Shown one piece after another: positions 1 to 8,648 of a DNA stretch of 64,000 nucleotides. The notes below the pieces were generated by a model that worked only from the letters and a program-made list of their open reading frames with translations, was not told where the DNA came from and did not search any database. The translations under genes and the position numbers were made by a program. The stretch lies in IMG/VR virus record IMGVR_UViG_3300045988_085140. The stretch is one strand, 5' to 3'. Each line of letters begins with the position of its first letter. The first letter of the stretch is position 1. This stretch comes from a virus.

Positions 1-607
1 ATTTTTTTTCGTAGTGGCAAAAGTCTGGACACCAGCCATCGTTAAGATACTTGGCGATGTTCTGCAACTTGATGAAAGCAGCTACATGTTTTGCCTGAGC
101 CATGCTAGTGCAGTTGTTAAGGTCGTTATAGTTATATTCATCTGAATATAGATAGTTGCTTTTCTTATCACCAAGCCAGTATGTTTTCTTGTCCAAGAAC
201 AACTCCTTGCAAATATCATCATAAGTGATAGGCTTGCCTTCCCCTGCATCAGTAGAATTCTCGTCTCCTTCAATCTTCTGACGAACCATCAACTTACCTT
301 CCTCATCGAAGAAGAACTGGAGGTTATCAGGGATAGGGTACTCTACTGCCGAACCATCAGCAGGAATGCGCAACTTAGATAAGGTTGCCTTTCCGTTATT
401 GATGTTGGTAACGTCCTGATTGCTGATGCCTTCTGCATGAATATCAGGAGTCTCTTCCTCGGCAATCTCTGCCATCTTCTTGGCAATCATGTCTACACCT
501 TTGCCAACGATTGCTCCGAAAAGCATCTGTGCAAATGGTGGTAACTCTGGGGTGCTGTTGAGCTGACGATTACGTCTGTTGTTGCGCTTGTTGTTTCTAC
601 GTTTCAT
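1..607 (-). CDS. hypothetical protein, C-terminus beyond window edge
   Basis: ATG at 607-605 lies 2 nt after the stop of the upstream gene. Hand translation is open down to position 2 (202 codons, MKRRNNKRNNRRNRQLNSTPELPPF...). It is absent from the ORF track only because no stop lies in the window. Confidence 0.55.
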   Translation of the reverse strand, partial: MKRRNNKRNNRRNRQLNSTPELPPFAQMLFGAIVGKGVDMIAKKMAEIAEEETPDIHAEGISNQDVTNINNGKATLSKLRIPADGSAVEYPIPDNLQFFFDEEGKLMVRQKIEGDENSTDAGEGKPITYDDICKELFLDKKTYWLGDKKSNYLYSDEYNYNDLNNCTSMAQAKHVAAFIKLQNIAKYLNDGWCPDFCHYEKK

Positions 608-608
608 A

Positions 609-1046
609 TCAACTATAATTTTGTAAAATGTTATTAAACTCGTCTTCTGTAACACCATCTGCATAGAGTATCGTGAGGATGGTGTCTAAGACTCTACTAT
701 ATACTTCATTGAAGGCTGGCTCATCCATCTTGGCGAAGGAGATAGACTTGGCTCGCTCCAAGAACTTCTGTCCGTTGAGGTCGTAAAGCGGTTCGCTGAA
801 TCCTGATGTTATCAGAAGTTGCTCACGGAATGTGTCTATCGAGCGTAGGTTTATGCGCTGCTGCTCGGTAAGACAATCCCATGCTGCTCTGATAAGGGCG
901 AAGAACTTGCGATGGAACTTCACGTTTCTTGGACGGACGATGTTCGCCTTTACGATGGAATCAACCTTTATCTTTTTCATTTCCTCGTAATCATCATCCG
1001 TGTAGGGGCGAAGACCAGTGGAGGTTCTTACTAGATGAATTTCCAT
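609..1046 (-). CDS. DUF1367-like phage protein
   Basis: 145 aa. RPRNVKFHRKFFALI and SISFAKMDEPAFNEVY match my recollection of DUF1367 phage proteins. Tightly packed in the recombination operon. Confidence 0.55.
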   Translation of the reverse strand: MEIHLVRTSTGLRPYTDDDYEEMKKIKVDSIVKANIVRPRNVKFHRKFFALIRAAWDCLTEQQRINLRSIDTFREQLLITSGFSEPLYDLNGQKFLERAKSISFAKMDEPAFNEVYSRVLDTILTILYADGVTEDEFNNILQNYS

Positions 1047-1056
1047 ACCTTATATA

Positions 1057-1548
1057 TTATTGGTTTGGGGCAGGGAAGGGAAGACCCTGCTGCTGACCAC
1101 CTGCATATTGAGCGTTCTGCTGAATAGGTTGACCGCTTGCATTAACCTGAGGGGGAAAAGTCTGCATCTGCTGCTGAATAGGTGCTGGCTGAGGTGGATA
1201 GTTGGTTGCTTGCTGCTGAGGAACCTGACCTATCTGACTCTGTACCATCTGTCCCTGCTGCTGCCCATTTGGTCTTTCCACCTTCCAGCAGTCTAACTGA
1301 TTGAACCATCGTCCGTCTCTAGACTGATGTGCCTTCAATCCGATGTTGGCGGTGATGATTTCGCCTACCTGAATGCCGAACTGCTGAATCTTGTCAGAAC
1401 CGTAAACTTGGATAACGGCTCTTGAAGGGTACTGCTGGTTCAACTCTTCAATGACATACTCTTGGGAACTCCATTGGGTTCCGTTTTGGGAAGTTCCCAT
1501 TTGAACTTGCCCTGCTGCAATAATTTTACCAGTAAACTTTACGTTCAT
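1057..1548 (-). CDS. DUF3127-type putative ssDNA-binding protein
   Basis: 163 aa. N-terminal OB-like region ending ...DGRWFNQLDCWKVE is typical of Bacteroidota DUF3127, followed by a Q/P-rich tail. Sits beside the exonuclease and Erf. Confidence 0.55.
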   Translation of the reverse strand: MNVKFTGKIIAAGQVQMGTSQNGTQWSSQEYVIEELNQQYPSRAVIQVYGSDKIQQFGIQVGEIITANIGLKAHQSRDGRWFNQLDCWKVERPNGQQQGQMVQSQIGQVPQQQATNYPPQPAPIQQQMQTFPPQVNASGQPIQQNAQYAGGQQQGLPFPAPNQ

Positions 1549-1556
1549 ATCTATAC

Positions 1557-2480
1557 TTAATTAAGTTTGATTCTTATTGATGGCTTGGTGGTCGTTTCCT
1601 TTAGATAGTGCTCGTAGTGGTCAGGCTCCGTGTCCTTGAACAGCTTCGTGTCGAAGGTCTTCTTGGTGGTAGCTGCCACATAAGAGTAAGAACCGATGTT
1701 GGTCTTGATGGATTTCTGCTTGTTGGCTTCCATCATCTTCATCATCTGCTCCTTCAAATCATCCTGCTTGATTTTCAGGGCATCCATACGAGCGGTTATC
1801 AATCTGTACTCCTGCTCTAGTGCTGAGAACTGCTCAGGAACTTCCACCTTATACTGATAGTCTGTATCATCAGCGAGATAAGCGTTGATTAAATCGTCAA
1901 TCTGATAATCTGCTACCCTAGGTAGTGGCTGGAACTTGCTCTGTCCGTTCTTGAACCACATACAAACAATCTCCTTCACCTTCAAGTCAGGATTCTGCTC
2001 CTCGAACCATTTGGCATAGATTGATAGCTGGAGCGATACGTTGTCGTAGTGAAGGGTGGCGGTGGTCTTGTAGTCTACCAGATAGATGTTGCCTTCGCTG
2101 TCGGCAAAGATTCCATCAATGGCAGATGCGAAGTTCTCACCATCTGTAACAAGATACTCGGATGCGACATAGTGTAAACCGAATGAGACTAGCATGCTAT
2201 GGAAGGCTTGAAGCTCTTCTGTAGGGTTCGGGTACTTCTTGATGTCTGCATCGAAGATAGAGCAGAAGGTTTCAAACGTATTGTGGATAAGACCTCCTCG
2301 TTCTGCTGCCTTCATCAATACCGATTCAGGAATGTTCTTGTAGGTGTCGGGGAAGGCTTTCTTGATGAGCGTTCCTGTCACTCCTTTCAGTTCCTTCTCG
2401 CCGAGGAAGTACTGATGAGACTCCTCAATGAATGTAATCTTTGGCACATTCAGAGTGATTTTCTTTGTTGCTGCTGTCAT
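1557..2480 (-). CDS. PD-(D/E)XK (RecB/Cas4-like) exonuclease
   Basis: 307 aa. Signature IDGIF ... LVDYKT ... LQLSIYA (D, D/ExK, QxxxY). Immediately downstream of erf as a recombination pair. Confidence 0.7.
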   Translation of the reverse strand: MTAATKKITLNVPKITFIEESHQYFLGEKELKGVTGTLIKKAFPDTYKNIPESVLMKAAERGGLIHNTFETFCSIFDADIKKYPNPTEELQAFHSMLVSFGLHYVASEYLVTDGENFASAIDGIFADSEGNIYLVDYKTTATLHYDNVSLQLSIYAKWFEEQNPDLKVKEIVCMWFKNGQSKFQPLPRVADYQIDDLINAYLADDTDYQYKVEVPEQFSALEQEYRLITARMDALKIKQDDLKEQMMKMMEANKQKSIKTNIGSYSYVAATTKKTFDTKLFKDTEPDHYEHYLKETTTKPSIRIKLN

Positions 2481-2481
2481 A

Positions 2482-3090
2482 TTATTGTATACCTAATTGT
2501 TTCTTCTTGGCTGATACTGCTTGCATGAACTGAGCGTTAGAGCAGAGCGGCTGGTAATGCTGAATTACCCACAACAGATTGCCCTTACTAACGCATCTGC
2601 TCAGGTAAGCCAATCCTTCGTTCAGGTCGCTCGGGTGGTACTGAGGGGATGCTGACTGCTGGGCGGTTGGCTGCTGAGTCTGTGTCTGTTGCTGCGCTTC
2701 CTGATGCTGCCCATCGTTGGTGGTATCAGAATCAGCATTATCATCAATAGCAAAGAGACCGTTGAGAGCATACTTTCGGGCGTAAGATGAGGATGCTCCA
2801 GTAATCTGACTGCCATCCATACCTTTCTTGCTTTCCTCTTCTCTAGCCCAACCAGTTGTTGTTTCACACTCGCCATTCTCGTTCTTGATTGTAGCAGTTG
2901 CCTTCACGTAGATGCGGTTGCCTATCAAGACTACATCATCGGTGATGATGAGCGTACATTTCTGCTTGGCGAGTAAAGGCTTAACAGCTTCCAAGATGTC
3001 CTCAGCCTTGCGATACTTGTAGCCACCGAATTTATTGAACTGACTCTTCGGGGCTTTGAGTTCCGATTGAATTGCCATAAGTTCTTTCAT
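2482..3090 (-). CDS. erf: ERF-family single-strand annealing protein
   Basis: 202 aa, colinear with P22 Erf as I recall it: FNKFGGYKYRKAEDILEAVKPLL, YVKATATI, GASSSYARKYALNGLFAIDD. Confidence 0.85.
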   Translation of the reverse strand: MKELMAIQSELKAPKSQFNKFGGYKYRKAEDILEAVKPLLAKQKCTLIITDDVVLIGNRIYVKATATIKNENGECETTTGWAREEESKKGMDGSQITGASSSYARKYALNGLFAIDDNADSDTTNDGQHQEAQQQTQTQQPTAQQSASPQYHPSDLNEGLAYLSRCVSKGNLLWVIQHYQPLCSNAQFMQAVSAKKKQLGIQ

Positions 3091-3111
3091 ACCTTATATG
3101 TATTTAAGTTG

Positions 3112-3228
3112 TTATTGATACTTCCATTCATAGTGGCTGCATCTGTAGCCACCATCTGGGTTCTTATTCGGATTGTCACACATGGTCAAGAAGATACAAT
3201 CGTGACAACTGTTTGCTTTATATCTCAT
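3112..3228 (-). CDS. small Cys-rich hypothetical protein (38 aa)
   Basis: Hand-translated MRYKANSCHDCIFLTMCDNPNKNPDGGYRCSHYEWKYQ*. First ORF after the terminator, upstream of erf. Too short for the ORF track. Confidence 0.3.
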   Translation of the reverse strand: MRYKANSCHDCIFLTMCDNPNKNPDGGYRCSHYEWKYQ

Positions 3229-3250
3229 ATTGTATGGTTTGAAATGTTCA

Positions 3251-3285
3251 AATAAAAAACCCCACGGTTCTCACGAATGGTGGGG
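3251..3285 (-). terminator. rho-independent terminator (minus-strand sense)
   Basis: CCCCAC (3260-3265) pairs with GTGGGG (3280-3285) around a 14-nt loop. On the minus strand it is followed by TTTTTTATTT. Confidence 0.6.
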
Positions 3286-3862
3286 AGAATGAATTTTATT
3301 TTAGTTTAACCTGAGCGGTCGCTACCGCATCGCAAATGTAATCTGTATGGTAAATTTTAATATGTCAATATTTGCAATTTCCTTTAGAAAAGGAGGGGCA
3401 GTAAAATGAATATGATAAAAACAGCCACCTCCGTGGAGCGACATCTATACAATCTTGCCGGATGCTGAATCGCTCCTTGGTTCCCTTCTGCATTTATGGA
3501 GGCTTAGGACTCCCAGCACTAGTAATCGCACATATTGTAATATATCTGATTTCTATAAAATAACCAATTATAACTATTGAACCGAATAGAAAAAAGAAAG
3601 CGTGCTGGCTGCATTAGAACCGATTTGTAGTTGTGCGCTCCTACCTTTAGATGCTACCTTATTATATAAGGGTCACGGCATCAGGTCTGCTTCTTCACAA
3701 GTGAACTCCAAGTTTTTCCAAATTCCACCTATCAGGTGTATGTACTCGCTTGCCACTTCCACGTCTAAGCACCATCTGTGGTTAATGATGCTCCTTTTGG
3801 GTACGTGTACCTCTCTAGGAAGGTTTATCCTATCCGATATAAAGCCTTGGAATCGGGCTATA

Positions 3863-3941
3863 TGGGGCGCAAGGTGGGACTCGAACCCACGACCTCGAAG
3901 GCTCATAAACCTTCATACTCTACCAATTGAGTTACTTGCGC
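3863..3941 (-). tRNA. phage tRNA with encoded CCA and an 8-nt anticodon loop (identity unresolved)
   Basis: Reverse complement is GCGCAAG-TA-ACTC-AATTGGTA-GAGT-A-(T)GAAGG-TTTATGAG-CCTTC(G)-AGGTC-GTGGG-TTCGAGT-CCCAC-CTTGCGC-C-CCA. Acceptor, D and T arms are canonical. The anticodon arm is 3 nt too long. Confidence 0.7.
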
Positions 3942-4112
3942 TGGGTAAAAACTTAAAACATGTAAAATTATAACGACTAAAGTTATAGTGGAGACTGGGA
4001 GTAGCAAACTCCAAAAAACCTCTGCTGTTTTCAATGACTGAAAGATTATAAGACTTAACACATTAATAACTTAATACTTAACTATTCTTGTGAGGTTCAA
4101 TCTCCATATATC

Positions 4113-4205
4113 TTACTTGCCTACCTCATTGAAGTAGGAGTGAATTTCCTTAACGGCAACAGCGATAGTGATTACGCTAGCTACCAACATTACATCTGCT
4201 ATCAT
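4113..4205 (-). CDS. small hydrophobic peptide (30 aa)
   Basis: Hand-translated MIADVMLVASVITIAVAVKEIHSYFNEVGK*. Lies 13 nt after the upstream stop. Confidence 0.25.
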   Translation of the reverse strand: MIADVMLVASVITIAVAVKEIHSYFNEVGK

Positions 4206-4217
4206 AAGTTTATCTGT

Positions 4218-4499
4218 TTAATGGGTAAAACAATAGGCTGCTGCCTCTGATTTCAACTCTGCCATGCTCTTTCTGCGGTTCTGAGTCATCCACTCTTCCA
4301 ACTCGCTCTTCTTGAAGTAGAGTCGGTTGACGTTTGGTTTATAGCAAGGAATGATGCGGTTCCTGACGTTCTCTCTCACTCCTCTAACCGTCATGCCAAG
4401 AATGATTGCAGCTTCATTAATGTTGAGCACATTCTTTGCAGCTATGAGCGAATACTGCTCTATGCGGTCTAGCTGCTCCTTAATCTCTTTGTCTATCAT
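4218..4499 (-). CDS. excisionase/AlpA-type helix-turn-helix protein
   Basis: LNINEAAIILGMTVRGVRENVRNRIIPCYKPNVNRLYFKKSELEEWM fits the MerR-like Xis HTH pattern. The table start 4532 is GTG. The ATG at 4499 lies 2 nt after the upstream stop. Confidence 0.6.
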   Translation of the reverse strand: MIDKEIKEQLDRIEQYSLIAAKNVLNINEAAIILGMTVRGVRENVRNRIIPCYKPNVNRLYFKKSELEEWMTQNRRKSMAELKSEAAAYCFTH

Positions 4500-4500
4500 A

Positions 4501-5394
4501 TCAGTTGAATTTGATGGTTTGTTGACTGGCACTAGCTGCCTTGGCTGGCTCTGTTCTACCAGTGCCCTTATCGCTGGGAGTGTTCTCCTGCTCTATCAAG
4601 GGGAGAATGCCCTTCGCTTTGAGTGATTCATATAGGAAGATTCTTCCTTTCGTTGTCCACTCGGTGTTGTACTTCACATCGTGCCGACCATCACTCCTTA
4701 CGATTTCTACTGCTCTGCTGTGAACATATCCACCTTCTAGGAATTGTGCAAATAATATCCATTTACCTCTTACCTTGTGTTGGATTCTCATAGACTCCAA
4801 CTCCTTGTTGAGTCTCATGGCAGTCATGCCGTAGTCCTGAGCAATCTGAGTAACGGTCATGGTGGCATTACTCTGCAAGATTTTGTCGTAGTAGCTAACC
4901 TTAGGCAGCATTTCGGTAATCTTGTTGCCAAGTTCCATGTTCGCCTTGCTGATAGTGAGGATTTGTTCCTGCTGCTTCTTATTTTCCAAAGCTAGCTGCT
5001 GTTTCTCTTCCTCAGCCTTGACCAGAGATTTGAGAGCTTCGAGATAGTTCTGAGGAACGGATGGATTGGATTGTTCAATCTGTCTCTTCATAGCGTTGAA
5101 GGCTTCGATGTATTTCAGTTTGAACTCCATCGCCTTCTTGCCATTGAATCCCATCGCCAGCAGAGTGAAACCATCTTGATTCATAATGAACATAGGATAA
5201 CTCTGTTTGTTCTGCTCGTTGATGTAGGTCGTTTCTTCAAACATCGGGGTCTCGTCGTTTTTAACGATACCCACTTGAAGTATCTTCCTTATCGCTTTGA
5301 GAACATTATCATGAGGTTTCTCAAAGACCTCGGCAACCAGTTTACTATTTGTTAGGGGTTGGTTACCTTCACCTCTATAAACGATTTCATTCAT
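4501..5394 (-). CDS. Rha-family regulator / antirepressor with KilAC-like C-terminal domain
   Basis: N-terminus LTNSKLVAEVFEKPHDNVLKAIRKI ... MNQDGFTLLAMGFNGKKAMEFKLKYIEAFN is Phage_pRha-like. C-terminus MTVTQIAQDYGMTAMRLNKEL ... KGRIFLYE is KilAC-like. Confidence 0.75.
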   Translation of the reverse strand: MNEIVYRGEGNQPLTNSKLVAEVFEKPHDNVLKAIRKILQVGIVKNDETPMFEETTYINEQNKQSYPMFIMNQDGFTLLAMGFNGKKAMEFKLKYIEAFNAMKRQIEQSNPSVPQNYLEALKSLVKAEEEKQQLALENKKQQEQILTISKANMELGNKITEMLPKVSYYDKILQSNATMTVTQIAQDYGMTAMRLNKELESMRIQHKVRGKWILFAQFLEGGYVHSRAVEIVRSDGRHDVKYNTEWTTKGRIFLYESLKAKGILPLIEQENTPSDKGTGRTEPAKAASASQQTIKFN

Positions 5395-5413
5395 ATTGCC
5401 TCCTTTTTTATTA

Positions 5414-5611
5414 TTAAAGGAACACTACCTTGTCTGCCTTAACACCTCCGAACTCATTCAGGGCATCATTCCTGATGTCTTCGGCTTGCTTGCTCTGACT
5501 TCTAAAACCTAGAGCGTTGTAGATGGTTTCCCTTCGGCATCCATATCGCTCAGCAAGTTTTTTACGTCCTTCGGGCGAAACTTTGATAATTTTTATCTTT
5601 TTTGCTTGCAT
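5414..5611 (-). CDS. small Cro-like HTH regulator
   Basis: 65 aa, basic, with LAERYGCRRETIYNALGF. First gene of the leftward operon, divergent from the CI-like gene. Confidence 0.45.
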   Translation of the reverse strand: MQAKKIKIIKVSPEGRKKLAERYGCRRETIYNALGFRSQSKQAEDIRNDALNEFGGVKADKVVFL

Positions 5612-5671
5612 ATCTTAATTTTTTATTGTACTTTTGCTTCTAATAATTAAGCAACTTGTTGTTTACGAGTG

Positions 5672-5679
5672 CAAAGGTA
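5672..5679 (-). promoter_or_regulatory. -7 box TACCTTTG of the leftward (lytic-side) promoter
   Basis: Matches the Bacteroidota TAnnTTTG consensus on the minus strand. Lies ~60 nt upstream of ATG 5611 and directly abuts the inverted repeat. Confidence 0.5.
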
Positions 5680-5682
5680 GTC

Positions 5683-5718
5683 ATTTCTTGCTAATTCGCC
5701 AAATTTTTAGCAAGAAAT
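5683..5718. promoter_or_regulatory. candidate operator: perfect 12-bp inverted repeat
   Basis: ATTTCTTGCTAA (5683-5694) and TTAGCAAGAAAT (5707-5718) with a 12-nt spacer. Lies between the divergent Cro-like and CI-like genes. Confidence 0.5.
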
Positions 5719-5766
5719 TATTAACCGATTATGAATAATTAAGTATGATTTATAAATGTAAAATGT

Positions 5767-6168
5767 ATGGAAGTAACTATTTATCAGCGAATTATGCTAA
5801 TTTTAGAGGACAAGCAAGTATCGGTTAATGCTCTATCAAAGTTAGTCGATATGTCTCAAACTACCCTTAATACTCAGTTGAATGGTGAGCGTACTTTGTC
5901 TGCAAACGTTGTTGCCAAGGTTCTTGTAGCTTATCCTGACGTGTCTGCTGAGTGGTTGATGCGTGGGGTAGGTACTATGTATAGCAACCAAGATGCAGAT
6001 GATTCATCTTATATGGTTGCTGAGACTCCTCATCATGAAGAACCTAAGATAGAAGAGTCTCATCAGGATGATTCCGTCTGGAAGGCGAAGTACGAAGAGT
6101 TAGAGAAACGCTATGACCAGCTATTGTCTATCTTGGGCGGTGGCATGAGACAAGCAAATGTTGGATAA
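5767..6168 (+). CDS. CI-like phage repressor (HTH)
   Basis: 133 aa. VSVNALSKLVDMSQTTLNTQLNG ... VSAEWLMRGVGTMY fits the phage CI-repressor HTH pattern. Divergent arrangement. Confidence 0.7.
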   Translation: MEVTIYQRIMLILEDKQVSVNALSKLVDMSQTTLNTQLNGERTLSANVVAKVLVAYPDVSAEWLMRGVGTMYSNQDADDSSYMVAETPHHEEPKIEESHQDDSVWKAKYEELEKRYDQLLSILGGGMRQANVG

Positions 6169-6184
6169 TTAAAATGTGGTAGGT

Positions 6185-6688
6185 ATGAAGTATTGTGCAT
6201 ATCTTATTGTTCTTTTTACTCTTTGTTCTTGTGGAGACAAATATTTGAGAAAAAGAGTCAATACTTTAGAAAAGGAAGTTGATACCCTTAGAAATGAGAT
6301 AGCCATATACAAGGGAATGGAGAGGGACGTTAGGTCTAGAGATTTAGACGATTTAGTGTTTTATATCTCTTCAAATCCTAAATATTACCATTATTATTCT
6401 GATTGTGCAGGGCTTACGGTTGGAAGTGGTAAGGTTGAATCTATAAGATTAGAAGAAGCTATAGATAAAGGTAAGGTTTCTTGTTCTATTTGTGACGAAA
6501 ATAAGCAAATCTATTATGGTCGCAAAGATGAATCAGAGTCAGTATATATATGTACAGGAGAAACTTCTACCAAGTATCATAGCGACCCTGATTGCCGTGG
6601 TCTCTCTCGCTGCTCAGGAGAAATAGAAGAGGTAAGCGAGGAGGAAGCTGAGGATATGGGCAGAACACCTTGCAAGATATGTTATTAA
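6185..6688 (+). CDS. lipoprotein with two YHxxxDCxGL...CxxC modules
   Basis: Signal plus lipobox LFTLCSC. Repeats are YYHYYSDCAGL..VSCSICDE and KYHSDPDCRGL..TPCKICY. Table start 6176 is GTG; the first ATG is at 6185. Confidence 0.6.
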   Translation: MKYCAYLIVLFTLCSCGDKYLRKRVNTLEKEVDTLRNEIAIYKGMERDVRSRDLDDLVFYISSNPKYYHYYSDCAGLTVGSGKVESIRLEEAIDKGKVSCSICDENKQIYYGRKDESESVYICTGETSTKYHSDPDCRGLSRCSGEIEEVSEEEAEDMGRTPCKICY

Positions 6689-6702
6689 TTAAATTGTGAG
6701 AT

Positions 6703-7128
6703 ATGAAAAAGATTTTATGTTTTATGATGTTTATCTTGCTGCTTGTATCATGTAGCAAGGATTCTGGTGAGGAAGTTGGGCTGACTTCAAACTATATAGA
6801 GGTTGCTGGAGTCAGACATCAGATTGATAAATTCACGATTGAGAACGAAACCTATTTTCGTATAGGCTCCAAGAAGGATGGGACTTATATTTCTTTCGGT
6901 TATACTTGGTACAAAGTACCGATTGGCGAAAAGGTATATTTCGTTGAGACAGACGAGTATTTGGATTATTTTGAGTTGGTGGATAGTTACAGAAAATGCG
7001 ACTTAACAGATGGTTCTTCTGATAGTTTTTACTTAATAAAGAAGAATGGTGATAAGTATATCGTTAATATATATATAGGTTCGTCTAGATATAAGACGAT
7101 TGTACATTATGAAGGAAAAATGATATAA
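6703..7128 (+). CDS. lipoprotein, hypothetical (moron)
   Basis: MKKILCFMMFILLLVSCSKD is a classic Bacteroidota lipoprotein signal. Lies between the repressor and the integrase. Confidence 0.6.
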   Translation: MKKILCFMMFILLLVSCSKDSGEEVGLTSNYIEVAGVRHQIDKFTIENETYFRIGSKKDGTYISFGYTWYKVPIGEKVYFVETDEYLDYFELVDSYRKCDLTDGSSDSFYLIKKNGDKYIVNIYIGSSRYKTIVHYEGKMI

Positions 7129-7132
7129 AGAA

Positions 7133-7164
7133 AAGGCATCGGGAATAAATCTCGGTGCCTTTTC
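7133..7164. terminator. bidirectional terminator hairpin
   Basis: AAGGCATCGGG (7133-7143) pairs with CTCGGTGCCTT (7151-7161), including 2 G-U pairs, then TTT. A-run upstream. Sits between convergent genes. Confidence 0.6.
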
Positions 7165-7166
7165 TG

Positions 7167-8324
7167 TTACTTATCGAAGAACTTATCAATCAGCCCCATC
7201 GCCTCATCCTTCTTCTTATCCACAATCTTAGCATATATCTCAGTAGTGGATATTCGGGAGTGACCGAGTAGCTTGCTGGTGGTGTATATGTCGGCTCCAA
7301 GCGTGAGCATCATGGTGGCGAAGGTGTGCCGAGCGGTATGGAAGGATATATTCTTCTTGATTCCTGCTGCCTTCGCCCATACCTTAATATGATAGTTGAT
7401 GTTTGGCTGCTGGCATAGTTCATAGAATACCAGTTCGTCATCCGTCTTTTCAGGCAACCATTTCATCGCCTCGTTGGATAGCTGATAGCTTACTACTCGC
7501 TGAGTCTTCTCCATCGTTTTGGTCAGGCGGTAGGATGATGTTCCGTCAGTATTCTTCACCTCTTCAATATCGCTCCATTTCAGCTTCCTGATGTCCGAGA
7601 TACGTAGACCCGAAAAACATGAGAACATAAATGCTTGTTTGGTATGCTTGCTGTAGCATTCTGTTGCAGCCAGTTTCTTCACCTCCTCAATATCTAGGTA
7701 TACTCGCTCGCTCTCAGGAGACCCGAACTTATAGCTTGGGTCTATGAGCGATAGGGGATTCATCTGAATGATGCCATCACGGACAGCCTGATTCAGAACC
7801 GTACCAAAGCAAGTAAGGTACACCTTCTTGGTTATTTCGCTGAACGGCTGCCCACCTCTCTTGGTGGCAGTCCTCAGATACTCTATCCACTTCATGCAAA
7901 ACTTCTTGTCTATGTCGACCATCTTGGTAGACTCGCCACAAAACTTCATGATATGCTTCTTCACATTCTCAATGGTCTTGCTGGATTCGTCCGACCTACT
8001 TGCCTTCTGCTTGGCAACCTTCACGATGTCTAGCCATTCTACCAAGCGCATGTTCTTGTTACTGCTGAATACTCCTGCCTTTCGGTTCTTCAAGTCGAGA
8101 ACCCTCTGAGCCTTGATGATATTCGCACTAGCCATCGTCTCAGCATTCTTCGCCCTCGCCTTCGCTCTTTCTCTGCCAACCTCTGGGATGAGGTATAGCT
8201 TTAGAAATTCATAACTCCTCTTTCCGTCCATATAGATGTCCAGATAGATACTCTTGTTTCCGTTGGCAAGTTCCTTGAATCTGATAGTGACTGGCTCCTT
8301 TTCGATTGTTTTCTTCCTTCCCAT
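7167..8324 (-). CDS. int: tyrosine recombinase / phage integrase
   Basis: C-terminus FHTARHTFATMMLTLGADIYTTSKLLGHSRISTTEIYAKI carries the R..H..R..Y catalytic set. Table start 8378 is TTG. The ATG at 8324 (MGRKKTIEKEP) is more likely. Confidence 0.85.
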   Translation of the reverse strand: MGRKKTIEKEPVTIRFKELANGNKSIYLDIYMDGKRSYEFLKLYLIPEVGRERAKARAKNAETMASANIIKAQRVLDLKNRKAGVFSSNKNMRLVEWLDIVKVAKQKASRSDESSKTIENVKKHIMKFCGESTKMVDIDKKFCMKWIEYLRTATKRGGQPFSEITKKVYLTCFGTVLNQAVRDGIIQMNPLSLIDPSYKFGSPESERVYLDIEEVKKLAATECYSKHTKQAFMFSCFSGLRISDIRKLKWSDIEEVKNTDGTSSYRLTKTMEKTQRVVSYQLSNEAMKWLPEKTDDELVFYELCQQPNINYHIKVWAKAAGIKKNISFHTARHTFATMMLTLGADIYTTSKLLGHSRISTTEIYAKIVDKKKDEAMGLIDKFFDK

Positions 8325-8385
8325 AAGCCTACATTTATTAATCTGCTGCAAAGATAAGCAATTTTTTGTTACTCGCAAATTTTCG

Positions 8386-8402
8386 GTAACAAAATAGTAA
8401 CA
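8386..8402 (+). repeat. 17-bp direct repeat copy 1 (candidate integrase arm site)
   Basis: GTAACAAAATAGTAACA is identical to 8632-8648. A partial copy GTAACAAAATA lies at 8695-8705 and an inverted TTTTGTTAC at 8364-8372. Confidence 0.45.
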
Positions 8403-8631
8403 AAACTACAACATATCTATTGTATACCTACCTGTCATGTATTATACGGATAATTATTTTTTCGTATAAATAAAATGTTGATAACCAAGCAGGTAGGTGT
8501 ATAATAGATATACAAAAGGAGTACTTTCACAAGCACTCCTTCTCATATTATACAAAAACATTATGAATGCTTATTTGAACCTTGTAACCTATTGATAGTC
8601 AATACTATTAGAAATGGTCTGTTTTTATCGA

Positions 8632-8648
8632 GTAACAAAATAGTAACA
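8632..8648 (+). repeat. 17-bp direct repeat copy 2
   Basis: GTAACAAAATAGTAACA, a perfect match to 8386-8402. Lies in the 600-bp AT-rich non-coding region next to int. Confidence 0.45.

Noticed and set aside
3590-3665. Possible second, degenerate tRNA (GGTAGGAGCGCACAACTACAAATCGGTTC on the minus strand)
   Set aside because: I could not fold an acceptor stem, an anticodon stem or a T arm. There is only superficial similarity to a D-arm or anticodon region.
3863-3941. tRNA gene as the integration core (attP overlapping a tRNA 3' end)
   Set aside because: It lies 3.2 kb from int with four genes in between, and has no flanking repeat that I could find. It is more likely a phage-expressed tRNA. 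This cannot be excluded without prophage junction data.
3602-3973. ORFs 3602..3973 (+) and 3673..3906 (-)
   Set aside because: They overlap the tRNA gene and a non-coding region, and their translations are low quality. They are most likely spurious.
8446-8453. Seventh copy of the ACGGATAA promoter element
   Set aside because: No TAnnTTTG box lies 24 nt downstream (the sequence there is TTGATAAC) and no gene follows. It is probably a chance match within the att-like region.
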